DNA of 53,767 nt, taken from contig JBEQLE010000006.1 of the NCBI GenBank assembly GCA_040326155.1, positions 36,569-90,335 on the forward strand, given 5' to 3'. Positions 21,096-30,881 of the stretch are shown here, one piece after another. A model generated the notes under the pieces. The model saw nothing but the letters and a program-made list of their open reading frames with translations, was not told where the DNA came from and did not search any database. Each line of letters opens with the position of its first letter. Position 1 is the first letter of the stretch. Origin of the DNA: Leptospirales bacterium. Its GTDB lineage: Bacteria; Spirochaetota; Leptospiria; Turneriellales; JAOUFE01. The position numbers were made by a program, and so were the translations under genes.

Positions 21096-21315
21096 ACGTA
21101 TCCAAAATATCGGCAAATAGTTGTATGTAAATGAGTTTTTATCTTATTTGACCAAACAAAGGAATAAAAAAGCGAATAGGCAATAAATAAAACATCTCCC
21201 GCGCAATATTTACACTTTCCTGAGTTTTCTTCGTTTTTTTAATCATTTTTTAACCATTTCCTATTTTATTTCGATTTTAGTGAAAAAAAAATGAATTTTG
21301 CCCTATTCATACTAT

Positions 21316-22026
21316 ATGAAAGCAGGTTTTCTTACAATTGGAAATTACATTTATAATTCCATTCTACCAGAACGGTGTCCTGTTTGTATGGTCGATTTTG
21401 TTCCCCCTGGTAAACCACTTTGTATAAATTGCCTTCACCAATTCATTACAAGTACACCTGGCTCTTTTATAAGTACCGAGCCGAATGCTTTGCTGGCGCG
21501 TTTTAACATGGAAGAGAGAATTTTCTATTTTGCTAAATGGCATTACATCTGGGAATATAACCAAAGTGCTCGTGTGTTATACCGAGCTGCAAAATTCAAT
21601 AGAAGAAGATTAAGCGAAAAACAGATTGAAAAAGCGGCGTATAAAATTCTATTTTCCAATCTGGGGAATTATCCGTTATATCCATTGCCCTCGTCCTACA
21701 ATCTTATTTCTCGTATAATAAAAAAGATAGGGCAAATAAGGGGTCAAAACATAGAAAAAGTATTTTATAAAAAGAAAAAAGGGCAAATTAAAAAAAAGGA
21801 AAAAAACATTCGGTACCTGGAAATTGAAAATTCTCTCTGTCTCGATTTGTACAAAATTGACCCGGCAGCCAAAGCTAATAAAGTATATGTTATTGATGAC
21901 TTGTGGTCCACGGGGGCTACAATGAACAAAGCATGCATGCTGTTATGTCAAGCTGGCTTTCAAATTGAACAAATTGAAGCCGTTGTTCTCTTTTTTAACC
22001 CGGAACGCAGCAAAAACGACGCTTAA
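21316..22026 (+). CDS. comF: ComF family protein (zinc ribbon + phosphoribosyltransferase-like)
   Basis: CPVC...CINC and VIDDLWSTGAT. Confidence 0.8.
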   Translation: MKAGFLTIGNYIYNSILPERCPVCMVDFVPPGKPLCINCLHQFITSTPGSFISTEPNALLARFNMEERIFYFAKWHYIWEYNQSARVLYRAAKFNRRRLSEKQIEKAAYKILFSNLGNYPLYPLPSSYNLISRIIKKIGQIRGQNIEKVFYKKKKGQIKKKEKNIRYLEIENSLCLDLYKIDPAAKANKVYVIDDLWSTGATMNKACMLLCQAGFQIEQIEAVVLFFNPERSKNDA

Positions 22027-23033
22027 AATTGACGCAGATCACCGCGTCTCGGTTTATGGTGTTCGTGTATGGAAGAAAGAATTTTTATATAATCGTCATA
22101 ACGAGAAACAGAGATTTCGCCTTGCTGGAGTTTTTCTTTTACACCGCAGTCGGGTTCACGGTGGTGCAGACAATTATCGAATTTGCATTGCAAATCTTGA
22201 AACTCCCGAAACCCTCTTGCAATGGACGCTGGTTCATGGTGCATTAACCCAAACTCCCTGACCCCCGGTACATCGATAATCTGGCCGCCTTTCAATGTCT
22301 CAAATAATACAGGGTTGACCGTCGTGTGTTTACCGCGCTGCGAAGCGCCAATTTCACGAGTTTTCTGTACTTTTTCACCGATCAGGCGATTCACGAAGGT
22401 GCTTTTGCCGACACCGGACTCGCCAAATACAATATGGCGACCCGAGCTACACAGGTCGATTAACTTTTTCGATATTTTATTTACAAATGTTTCACGATAG
22501 ACATTGTAACCAAACGACTCTAAATAATTTATTTTCCCGATTATGGCGTCATAGGCAACTTTTTTCGGAGAGTCCGGTTTATAATAATCGGATTTGTTCA
22601 AAACAATAACAGGTTCTATACCGGAAAGTTGCGCCTCCACCAGAACCCTGTTCAATAGACCTTCATTGAAAAGCGGAAAATCAAGCGATTGTATTATAAT
22701 AATTCCAGATAAATTTGCGCCTAAAAGTTGTAACCTGCGCACGGAACCCCGGCAAAATAGATTTTTTCTTTCAATAACGTTAACAATAATCGCCTCAATT
22801 TCATCTTTTTCGTTATCGAGTTTTTTCAATTCAACAATATCACCAATGGCAAGCGGGTTATCGGGTCGGGTAAAGCGGTTAAAAGTACTGTTTTGATTTT
22901 GTCTGGCATATTCAATTCGCAGTTTCCCGCGCATTTTAGCAAGCAACGTTTTAGAGACTGTTTTCTCATCCACACTATCGGTTAATTGAACTCGATAAAA
23001 AGCTCCATAAATTCCTGTGACCAAAGCGTGCAT
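22023..23033 (-). CDS. rsgA: Ribosome small subunit-dependent GTPase
   Basis: Circularly permuted NKSD, GESGVGKS, GKHTT, DVPG; CKFDNCLHHREPDC zinc site. Confidence 0.95.
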   Translation of the reverse strand: MHALVTGIYGAFYRVQLTDSVDEKTVSKTLLAKMRGKLRIEYARQNQNSTFNRFTRPDNPLAIGDIVELKKLDNEKDEIEAIIVNVIERKNLFCRGSVRRLQLLGANLSGIIIIQSLDFPLFNEGLLNRVLVEAQLSGIEPVIVLNKSDYYKPDSPKKVAYDAIIGKINYLESFGYNVYRETFVNKISKKLIDLCSSGRHIVFGESGVGKSTFVNRLIGEKVQKTREIGASQRGKHTTVNPVLFETLKGGQIIDVPGVREFGLMHHEPASIARGFREFQDLQCKFDNCLHHREPDCGVKEKLQQGEISVSRYDDYIKILSSIHEHHKPRRGDLRQF

Positions 23034-23034
23034 T

Positions 23035-23709
23035 TTAAATATTTTGAAAAACTAATTCAAAAAATTCCTTACCTGGTAATTTCCGTGAATACGAATAATC
23101 GTTCGATGCAAAGACAGCTCTTTCCGGGTGCGGCATTAAACCGATGACTTTCCCGTTTGCATTACAGATTCCAGCAATTCTCTTTGCCGAACCATTCACT
23201 TCATCCGAATAACGAAGCAAAATTCGACCCTCGTTTTCGAGCTCTTCGAGAACCTCTTTATCAGCAATGTAATTTCCTTCAGAGTGGGAAACCGGCAGGG
23301 CATACTCTTTCGAAAGTTTATCGTTCCAATTACCCGAGGGTGTAAGTTTCACCCATTTACAAATATGTTTTAAAGTAGAATTTTTTACGAGCGCCCCCGG
23401 AAGAAGATGAGACTCGGTTAAAATTTGAAACCCATTGCAAATACCGACAGTTTTTATCTGTTTATGGACGGCCTCTTTTAAGGATTGCATGCTTAAAGAT
23501 CGAGCTGCCAGCGAACCGCTTCGCAAATAGTCCCCGTAAGAAAAACCGCCGGCCACAAAGTAGATATCATGTTCGACAGAGAAAGAGTTCTGGTGCCATA
23601 GAAAATCGACACTAAAGCCATACTCTTCGAGAGCCATCTGCAAATCTTTTTCGCAGTTGGTTCCCGGAAAAACCAGTATTCCTGCTCTTTTATTTTTAAA
23701 CGGTTTCAT
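23035..23709 (-). CDS. purQ: FGAM synthase glutaminase subunit
   Basis: FPGTNC, GGFSYGDYLR, GICNGFQIL, MPHPER. Confidence 0.96.
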   Translation of the reverse strand: MKPFKNKRAGILVFPGTNCEKDLQMALEEYGFSVDFLWHQNSFSVEHDIYFVAGGFSYGDYLRSGSLAARSLSMQSLKEAVHKQIKTVGICNGFQILTESHLLPGALVKNSTLKHICKWVKLTPSGNWNDKLSKEYALPVSHSEGNYIADKEVLEELENEGRILLRYSDEVNGSAKRIAGICNANGKVIGLMPHPERAVFASNDYSYSRKLPGKEFFELVFQNI

Positions 23710-23959
23710 CCAATTCTTCCATCTCTATATGACAAACTTCCATAACCGGATTGTACAGTCCGCTTTCAGCGATCTTTTCTATTTTCTTTTGTGCTTCTTC
23801 TTTACTCGCAGCGTTTACAACCGTTTCAATATGCTTACCGACGCGAATTTGTTCCACGTCCGTATATTCTCGCTCTTTGAGCGAAAGTTCAATGGCTTTA
23901 CCCTGTGGTTCCAACACTGACTTTTTAAAACGAACAATTACATTTCCTTTAAAGCGCAT
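23696..23959 (-). CDS. purS: FGAM synthase subunit PurS
   Basis: KSVLEPQGKAI, RVGK, LYNPVME. Confidence 0.93.
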   Translation of the reverse strand: MRFKGNVIVRFKKSVLEPQGKAIELSLKEREYTDVEQIRVGKHIETVVNAASKEEAQKKIEKIAESGLYNPVMEVCHIEMEELDETV

Positions 23960-24837
23960 TCAATAATCCTCTCTATTTCCCTGTATTTTTCCAGGGCTTT
24001 TTCTAAAATTTCAGCGGGCAATGGCGGTGGCGGTGGGTTCTTGTCCCAGTCCAGAGTCAAAATATAATCTCGTATAATTTGTTTATCCATACTCGGTATG
24101 GCGTTGCCGCTTTTCATCGCTTGGTCGTACTCTTCTTTTTTACAGTAGCGTGAAGAATCAGGGGTTAAGATTTCATCTATTAAGATCAACTGCCCTTCGT
24201 CAAGGGCAAACTCAAATTTTGTATCGGCCAGTATAATTCCATTTTTTTGAAGAACTGCAGAAGCTTCAGAAAATATTTTTAAACTTGTTTCTTTCAGCTC
24301 TTCGGAGCGCTCTTTGCCCAGATGTTCGGCCATAAATTCATAGGAGACATTTTCGTCATGTCCTTTGTCCGACTTTGTGCTGGGGGTAAAAATCGGTTCC
24401 GGTAGTTTTTCGCCTTTTTTTAAGCCCGGTGGAATTTCAACCCCGCAAACGGTCCCCGTTTTTTTATACTCTTCATATCCTGAGCCCATTAAATAGCCAC
24501 GAACAATACATTCAAAATCTATTCGCTGCCCTTTTTTTACAAGGATAGTCCGATCTTTCAGACTTTGTGTCTGGTCACAAAAAGGCGACGGCATTTTTTC
24601 AACGTCCGTCTCTATAATATGGTTGGGTATGTCTTTAAAGTAATTAAACCATCGATTTGAAATTCTGGTTAAAATTTCTCCTCGTTCAGCAATTCCTTCT
24701 TTAAAAACCACATCAAAGGCAGATATTCGGTCTGTTGAAACAATGACCAATTGGTTTCCCAGGTCGTACAAATCGCGTACTTTTCCCACATAAGAAGGTT
24801 GGGCATTTTTAATTTGTATATTCGTTTTTGGTTCCAC
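23938..24837 (-). CDS. purC: SAICAR synthetase
   Basis: GKVRDLY, DRISAFD, TPSTK, ADTKFEF, DEILTPDSSR. Confidence 0.96.
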   Translation of the reverse strand: MEPKTNIQIKNAQPSYVGKVRDLYDLGNQLVIVSTDRISAFDVVFKEGIAERGEILTRISNRWFNYFKDIPNHIIETDVEKMPSPFCDQTQSLKDRTILVKKGQRIDFECIVRGYLMGSGYEEYKKTGTVCGVEIPPGLKKGEKLPEPIFTPSTKSDKGHDENVSYEFMAEHLGKERSEELKETSLKIFSEASAVLQKNGIILADTKFEFALDEGQLILIDEILTPDSSRYCKKEEYDQAMKSGNAIPSMDKQIIRDYILTLDWDKNPPPPPLPAEILEKALEKYREIERIIECALKEM

Positions 24838-24892
24838 GCTGGATTAGTTAACAAATCGCAACGCGCGGACAAGAAAAATCTTTAAAAAAAAG

Positions 24893-24963
24893 AATTACGG
24901 AGTGTGAATTACTAGTTTCGGCGTATTAATTCGTAATTGAATATTAATTCGTAATTCGTAATT
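24893..24963. repeat. Inverted heptamer array (AATTACG ... CGTAATT units)
   Basis: TATTAATTCGTAATT twice (24924-24938, 24942-24956) plus an extra unit; opposite-orientation units at 24893 and about 24907. Confidence 0.7.
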
Positions 24964-24989
24964 ATTAATACATACCGTTTAAAAAATAC

Positions 24990-25024
24990 TTGCCAAACAG
25001 TATTGTTATTAGTACTATTAACAA
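24990..25024 (+). promoter_or_regulatory. Sigma70-type promoter with overlapping palindromic TA operator
   Basis: TTGCCA-17 nt-TACTAT; near-perfect palindrome TTGTTATTAGTACTATTAACAA at 25003-25024. Confidence 0.7.
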
Positions 25025-25043
25025 ACCTTCTAAAGGTGTTCAT

Positions 25044-25301
25044 ATGAGCAATATTATTACAGCAAATGAATTAAAAACTAAAGGGATATCAGCAATTAAC
25101 AATGCCACTTCTGATGACAATGAAGCAATTATTACTGAAAGGGGTAAGAATAAATATGTTGTTATTGCGATCGAACATTACAATTATTTAAGAGAATGTG
25201 AACTTGAATCTGCCTTGCATGAATCAAAACAAGATTATAAGAGCGGGAAGTATGTTAAAGAGTCGGTCGCTAAGCATCTAAAGAGAATTACCGGTGGCTA
25301 A
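25044..25301 (+). CDS. Phd/YefM-family antitoxin
   Basis: ITANELK...AIITERGKNKYVV; overlaps the toxin start. Confidence 0.85.
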   Translation: MSNIITANELKTKGISAINNATSDDNEAIITERGKNKYVVIAIEHYNYLRECELESALHESKQDYKSGKYVKESVAKHLKRITGG

Positions 25302-25566
25302 TTTAATCTATACTGACACATATATTAAAAAAGCCAAAAAGTTTGTCAAAAAGCATCCTGACATGCTTAAGCAATATGAAAAAACTTTATTATTGCTTGA
25401 AGAAAATCCGTATCACCCCTCGTTGCGTTTACACAAATTAGAAGGTAATTTATCTGAAATTAATTCCGTTTCTATAAATCTTATATATCGTATTTCTATG
25501 GATTTTATTATTGAAAAAGATAATATAATTCTAATAAATGTCGGAAAACATGATGAGGTATATTAA
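25294..25566 (+). CDS. RelE/YafQ-superfamily mRNA interferase toxin
   Basis: NPYHPSLRLHKLEG, YRI, VGKHDEVY. Confidence 0.88.
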   Translation: MANLIYTDTYIKKAKKFVKKHPDMLKQYEKTLLLLEENPYHPSLRLHKLEGNLSEINSVSINLIYRISMDFIIEKDNIILINVGKHDEVY

Positions 25567-25673
25567 TGCCTACCTTGGACATCCGAGTCACAGTTTTTAT
25601 CTGCTCTGCCCTTGTCATGCTGCCTTAATCAACCGGAAATAGAATACGAAACTAAAATTCCATAAAACTAAAT

Positions 25674-25755
25674 CGGTCGAATTCTGAAATGCAGACCTGG
25701 CAATTTATTACCTTAACAACTCTAAAAGCCAGGGGAGTTTGTCGGCCAAATTATT
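25674..25755 (-). repeat. 82-bp dispersed 3'-end repeat, copy 2
   Basis: Ungapped alignment to 10398-10479. Confidence 0.75.
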
Positions 25756-25781
25756 TGTTTTATGAAATGCCTCTCCGGAAG

Positions 25782-27098
25782 TTACTCTTTTTTTGACTGA
25801 TCGATCTCGGCCTTTCTTGCTTCGGCCAGTTTTTGGATGGTAGTCGCAAAATCGGGGTAACGAGAAAGTACGTTATCGAAAGTCTTTTTTTCAAGTACAT
25901 AGAGGTCACAATAATCGGAGGCCCGTATACTAGCCGTTCTCGGGGAATGCAGTAGAAGGGCAATTTCACCAAAGAAAGATCCGTCGCTTAAAGTCGCATA
26001 GATAATAGACTCATCTTCAGAAATAACCTGCACGGAACCTTTGCTGATAAAATACATCTCAGAACCCGTATCACCGATTCTAAATACATAGTCTCCGGGC
26101 GTTACAACCGCTGGTTTCAAATGTAATATAATTTCTCGTATAAAAGCGTCAGAAGCTCCTTTAAACAAAGGAACTTTTTCAATAATTTCCCTGTTTAAAT
26201 AAAGTGAAACACTTGTCTTTAAAGGAAGCGGCAACTCAGCAAGTACAGAAGCTTCGTCGTAACCTCGGCGACTCTCCCAGAGATAGTCATAATAGGCGTT
26301 AATCTGATTTTGCAACGCATCGGGAATATTTCTATATTTTAAAAACGTATTCACTCGTTCGAGTTTTTCTCGAAATTGAGCTTTTGCAATATCAATATTT
26401 GCTATTAAGTTGGCAATATTACCAATTAAAAAACCATACATACCTGCGCCAATAATTTCTATTCCAATGGTAAACAAAGTCTGTAGATTATTTTGCGGCG
26501 TTATATCGCCATATCCGATCGTGGTCATCGTGGTAATTGTCCAATACAACGATTGAATATACGCAGAAACATTATCAGAACTCTCCGGAATACCAGTAAT
26601 ATAGAGCCAACCACAAGCAATATAATGGGCCACCATCAAAATCCAGAAAATTAGAAATATTAAACGTAAAACAGATGGGTTTATAATATTATTGCGCCTT
26701 ACCCTGCTTAAAAAACTCGCTACGCGAAAAAGTTTAAAAAGACGGGATAGTCGTATTACCCGCAACGACTTTCCGAGACGAAGATATGGAAATTGATTGG
26801 CTAAAAGATCAAAAGGAATTGTCGCCAGTAAATCAATGAACAACCAGCCTTTCGCATAATTTTTTGCGACAGTTTTTCTGTCCATGACCAATTTAATTCC
26901 AATATGAGAGCCAGTCATAAAATGGACTATGATATCTAATGAATAGCTGACTGTTAAAATATAGTCGAATACAACCAACCATGTGTCGGGTTCATAGTTC
27001 AACACCATTCGAAGCGGTATTTCTATAGATACAATAATAGTGATAATAAATATATACGTTTCCCAGAAAATTCTGGATTTTGTATCCGGATGTATCAT
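25782..27098 (-). CDS. Cyclic nucleotide-gated potassium channel (SthK-like)
   Basis: Six TM helices with Arg-rich S4, TTIGYGD filter, C-linker, FFGEIALL..RTASI cNMP-binding domain. Confidence 0.93.
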   Translation of the reverse strand: MIHPDTKSRIFWETYIFIITIIVSIEIPLRMVLNYEPDTWLVVFDYILTVSYSLDIIVHFMTGSHIGIKLVMDRKTVAKNYAKGWLFIDLLATIPFDLLANQFPYLRLGKSLRVIRLSRLFKLFRVASFLSRVRRNNIINPSVLRLIFLIFWILMVAHYIACGWLYITGIPESSDNVSAYIQSLYWTITTMTTIGYGDITPQNNLQTLFTIGIEIIGAGMYGFLIGNIANLIANIDIAKAQFREKLERVNTFLKYRNIPDALQNQINAYYDYLWESRRGYDEASVLAELPLPLKTSVSLYLNREIIEKVPLFKGASDAFIREIILHLKPAVVTPGDYVFRIGDTGSEMYFISKGSVQVISEDESIIYATLSDGSFFGEIALLLHSPRTASIRASDYCDLYVLEKKTFDNVLSRYPDFATTIQKLAEARKAEIDQSKKE

Positions 27099-27223
27099 TA
27101 CTTGATTATCGGCAATTATTCATAAAATATCAACGCCGCTTTTTTCATTTCTTAAAGAACCCGACGCGAAAACCACAAGTGGATTTTCTCTTGACGCTCA
27201 GGGTAAAAAATGTACTTTTGCGC

Positions 27224-27988
27224 ATGTCGCTTAAAAAATCGTCTCAAACTGTTCTATATGTTTTATTAACCGTTTTAATGAGTTTCCTTTTTTGTAAAAA
27301 GGAGGCTCCCGTTGAAATAAAGGTTGGGGATACCGTCTATTTATCCGGCGATAAAGTTCGCCTGAGAAACGGTCCATCCACAAAGTCAGCTGCGGTTACC
27401 GAATTTCGACTTGGCGATAAAATGCAAATTGCCGAAATTTCAGCTGAAACAGACACAATCGGTGGGGTCACCACTTATTGGTATAAAATTCAAACCGACA
27501 AGAAAAACTCAGGATGGATTTTCGGGAAGTTTGTTTCGCTTAAAACTGTAGACACCGTTGAAGCAACGAAAAAAAAACTGAAAGGTACTTATTATTATTG
27601 CAAATCGAAAGAAAAAAACGACTGCACCCATATACTTGAAATAAACGGTAATAAATATGAACATAAACTTTTTGACACAAATATCGGCATTACCGATTAC
27701 TATACGGGAACAGTCTCCTACTCTTCAAAACATATTCTCCTGACTCCAAAAACCAGAATCGCCCGTTACGCTTTTTACCAATACAGTCTTCCTTACGAAC
27801 AACAATACGACTACGATGCATATGCATACGGAACCTATTCCGAAGATTTATCGACTTTAAGTGAAATCGATAATCTGGGAATGGATGAACCGTGGAAACT
27901 CTACATTCTAACATGCAACGAAAAAATATTCTTACCGAATTTTGCAAATGGCAATTGTGGAAACACCTTCTATAGCTATTACCCGTAA
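27224..27988 (+). CDS. Bacterial SH3 domain-containing lipoprotein
   Basis: FLFC-KKE spirochaete-like lipobox; VRLRNGPST...WYKI...GWIFGKFV. Confidence 0.8.
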   Translation: MSLKKSSQTVLYVLLTVLMSFLFCKKEAPVEIKVGDTVYLSGDKVRLRNGPSTKSAAVTEFRLGDKMQIAEISAETDTIGGVTTYWYKIQTDKKNSGWIFGKFVSLKTVDTVEATKKKLKGTYYYCKSKEKNDCTHILEINGNKYEHKLFDTNIGITDYYTGTVSYSSKHILLTPKTRIARYAFYQYSLPYEQQYDYDAYAYGTYSEDLSTLSEIDNLGMDEPWKLYILTCNEKIFLPNFANGNCGNTFYSYYP

Positions 27989-27998
27989 AAATAAAAAA

Positions 27999-28080
27999 AA
28001 TAATTTGGTTGGCGACCAGCCAGGTAGACAGGTAACGTAAAGGGACAAAACTCATTTGTTCGTAGTGCGGAATGCAACCG
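27999..28080 (+). repeat. 82-bp dispersed 3'-end repeat, copy 3
   Basis: AATAATTTGGTTGGCGA...GTAAAGG...GTAGTGCGGAATGCAACCG; closest to 44667-44749. Confidence 0.78.
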
Positions 28081-28191
28081 CAATAGTCTAAAAACAGATT
28101 CTTTAAAGTTTTCTTTAAAACATCTATAAAGAAAATGAACTACCACGTAGCGATCGTAAAAAGACCGCAGGATTTTTTTACGGACTAATAA

Positions 28192-28368
28192 GACAGGTTT
28201 GACTTGATGAACATGATTTTAAGATATAAAAGGTCCTGAACTTTTTACGCCTTTTCTGATATTATAATACTTCAAAATTCAAATTACTATTAATTTCTTA
28301 ACCTGTAAATCGGTAAATCCTGTCTAATAATTCTTTTTTTATTTTCCTGTCTTCTTGACTTCCTTATA
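28192..28368. repeat. Empty copy of the inverted-repeat element, inverted relative to 18671-18804
   Basis: Reverse complement aligns along its whole length, including the AT-rich spacer, with 18671-18804. Confidence 0.88.
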
Positions 28369-29928
28369 AATTGTTGTTTCTTTCTTTAAATATTTATCAT
28401 TTCGTCGTAAAAATCCTTCTCGGGAAGTATAAGGGTTCCGCCAGGTTCTGTATTTGCCTCTTTCCTTTTCGGGCAAAGATTCTAAAAATGCGTTCCAGAG
28501 TTTTTCGGGTAGCAAGGTGTAAAACCCCGGAAGATACTGAATTTCAGAAGCGTTTTTTCCCAGCTGTTTTTTGTACACTTCTGGACTCACTCCATAGGCA
28601 AGCCGATATATAGGTCGCCCTTCATGCTTTTGTTCAGGTAGAAAATGAAAAGCGTCTTTTCGTTCGGCGTAACAGTAATAGTAGTCAAATCCCTGATGAA
28701 CTATCATAAGGGAATCTTCGGGAAGATTTATTAGTGGCGTGATTTGTGATATCGTACCATAATCTATACCTGCTTTTTTTTCACTGGCAATCTTGTTGTT
28801 ATTCCAGATTCCAAGGGCCAATAAACCGAAAAGTACAAACGGACGAAAACGGGGAATAATAACTATGGAAGACAGACCTAGAAAACCCACCGGTATAAAC
28901 GATAAAAGAAAAAGACGGTACGCCATATCAAATCGGTTAAATTTTAAAAAGGGAAACCATGCCACCAATAACAAACAAAGTGAAACTAAAATAAGAATAT
29001 CCCACTTTATTTTGTCTTTGTATTTAGTTTGTAATCTATACCGACTTACATACTTATAGAAAAATATACCGATTATAAAAACCATTATTCCTGTATCAAC
29101 AACACTCACCAGGTCGTAACCGCGCAATTTCAGATATGAAAACGGAGCCGCCTGGGGAGAAAACGTAAGGGCCTTCCCTACTCTTTCAAAATCTGTTAGA
29201 TGGATAAAATTTGGCAAATAGATATAAGCAGCCGCAAAACCCATAACGAAAAAAGCCATTGCGCCCAGAACCCACCATAACCTTTGTTTAAAAAAATTTA
29301 CGATACGCTCTTTGTGCCCGGTAAAAACTATATGCATTAAAAATACAATTGCTAAAAGTACCGAAATACCCGCCACCAGTTTATGAGACAGGGAACCCAG
29401 AATTAAGAAAGCGGTTATAAATAGATAATCCCTTTTTCGTTTTTCAGCCTTCAATAAAAAGGCCAGATAGAAAATAAAAAATACCAACGCTCCGAAATTC
29501 TTAACAAATTCAAAAGAAAATTGAGTTACCAGTGAGCTGTACCCGTAATAGGCGGCTAATAACAAACCTGAAAATTTATTAATTCGACTACCTGCAAGAT
29601 ACGCGCCAGATAACAATAATGCATTCAGAAGCAGAACAAATATTTTATTCATAAAAACAATGTCATTTCCCAGACGAGAGAAATAGGCCATTGCCGGTAA
29701 TACAATCGAAGAATCTGGCGAGAAGAAACGCCCTTTCGCCCAAAATGACTTTATCTGGGCGGCGTAATAATATCCGTCTATACCAAAAGCATGTTCAGTT
29801 GCAAACAAAGTGCTTGCGCGTAAAAAAATAATAAAACAGATTATAAATAAAAGCCAATACAAGCTATATCGTTCTACGTCAAAAAAATCGCCAGGCAATC
29901 TGCTATTATTTTTACTGTTTTTTATCAT
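28339..29928 (-). CDS. Polytopic membrane protein (possible GT-C-fold glycosyltransferase)
   Basis: Many TM helices; GIDGYYY loop after TM1. Confidence 0.6.
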   Translation of the reverse strand: MIKNSKNNSRLPGDFFDVERYSLYWLLFIICFIIFLRASTLFATEHAFGIDGYYYAAQIKSFWAKGRFFSPDSSIVLPAMAYFSRLGNDIVFMNKIFVLLLNALLLSGAYLAGSRINKFSGLLLAAYYGYSSLVTQFSFEFVKNFGALVFFIFYLAFLLKAEKRKRDYLFITAFLILGSLSHKLVAGISVLLAIVFLMHIVFTGHKERIVNFFKQRLWWVLGAMAFFVMGFAAAYIYLPNFIHLTDFERVGKALTFSPQAAPFSYLKLRGYDLVSVVDTGIMVFIIGIFFYKYVSRYRLQTKYKDKIKWDILILVSLCLLLVAWFPFLKFNRFDMAYRLFLLSFIPVGFLGLSSIVIIPRFRPFVLFGLLALGIWNNNKIASEKKAGIDYGTISQITPLINLPEDSLMIVHQGFDYYYCYAERKDAFHFLPEQKHEGRPIYRLAYGVSPEVYKKQLGKNASEIQYLPGFYTLLPEKLWNAFLESLPEKERGKYRTWRNPYTSREGFLRRNDKYLKKETTIYKEVKKTGK

Positions 29929-29972
29929 AATAAAATGTATTTATAACGAAAAGGCTTTATTATTGTTAAAAT

Positions 29973-30725
29973 CTAAAAAACCTTTTTATAAATGGATTCT
30001 CCTAAATTCTCTTTACCATCAGGTAAACTGTTGTTAACTTTTTCTCTAAACGTTTGAACTGTAATGGTTTTTTGGGTGTCGGAGGTTCTTACAAAAGAAA
30101 CCTTATACTCGACCAATGGTATTCTCGTCCTTGTTTGAAGAGTTACACTCTTTTGGTCCACGTCAAGTTGAAATACAATATTTGCTTTAGAATTATTTTT
30201 AAAACGCAAATCTTTATACCCATAGACAACGGTGGCATCCGAACCTAATTCTGAATATCTTTCACTTTCTTTATATATATCAACAGAGTGAGAATGTCTT
30301 TCAATTATTTGTAATCCGTTCTCCAGGGCAAAAATATAGAGCAAACCTGAAAGCTGGCATAACCCTCCGCCGGTTTCACTTTGAACTGTCTCTTGTTTAA
30401 TCACCCTTCCTTCTACAAAGCCACTGGTTGCGTCGGGTGAACCCATAACTTTCCAGAAAGAAAAAATTTTCCCGGGCCGAAGGCATAACCCATCCATTTT
30501 TTGTGAGCATATGAAAAGGTTTTTCACCTTGTTTTGCGAAGTTTCCGTTTTTTTTATCTTTTGAATTTTTTCCCAGTGAAAGGTATAAACAGAACCAGCA
30601 GGGTAAATTTTCGCTTGCATTTGAAACAGCCTCAGACGAACAAAGTCACTTAAAAACCGGACGACTAATCTAAGGGGAAGTCGCAATCGGGAAGGTATAG
30701 ACTTTTTAAGTTTATTCCATATCAT
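29973..30725 (-). CDS. VanW family protein
   Basis: FSFW, GGGLCQLS, ERHSHS, DATVVYGYKDLRF. Confidence 0.9.
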   Translation of the reverse strand: MIWNKLKKSIPSRLRLPLRLVVRFLSDFVRLRLFQMQAKIYPAGSVYTFHWEKIQKIKKTETSQNKVKNLFICSQKMDGLCLRPGKIFSFWKVMGSPDATSGFVEGRVIKQETVQSETGGGLCQLSGLLYIFALENGLQIIERHSHSVDIYKESERYSELGSDATVVYGYKDLRFKNNSKANIVFQLDVDQKSVTLQTRTRIPLVEYKVSFVRTSDTQKTITVQTFREKVNNSLPDGKENLGESIYKKVF

Positions 30726-30881
30726 TATTACTCAATTTCGTTAATTTGCTCTTAGCAGATGGTTCGTCAATTTGAATTTTAACTCTGCTTCAAGGAGGTA
30801 GGCGATAAAAATAAGATTGTAGAAGGGTTTGAAATACAGTTTTTGTAAAACGATATCGATTCAAAACCAAAGGGAAATATT

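Noticed and set aside
22023..24837. purC-purS-purQ without purL
   Set aside because: purL is often encoded elsewhere; this cannot be judged from one window.
28063..28084. CGG-TTGCATT-CCG hairpin (minus strand) resembling a tRNA T-arm or cobalamin riboswitch element
   Set aside because: The loop does not match TTCRANY, and no cloverleaf or B12-box is present.
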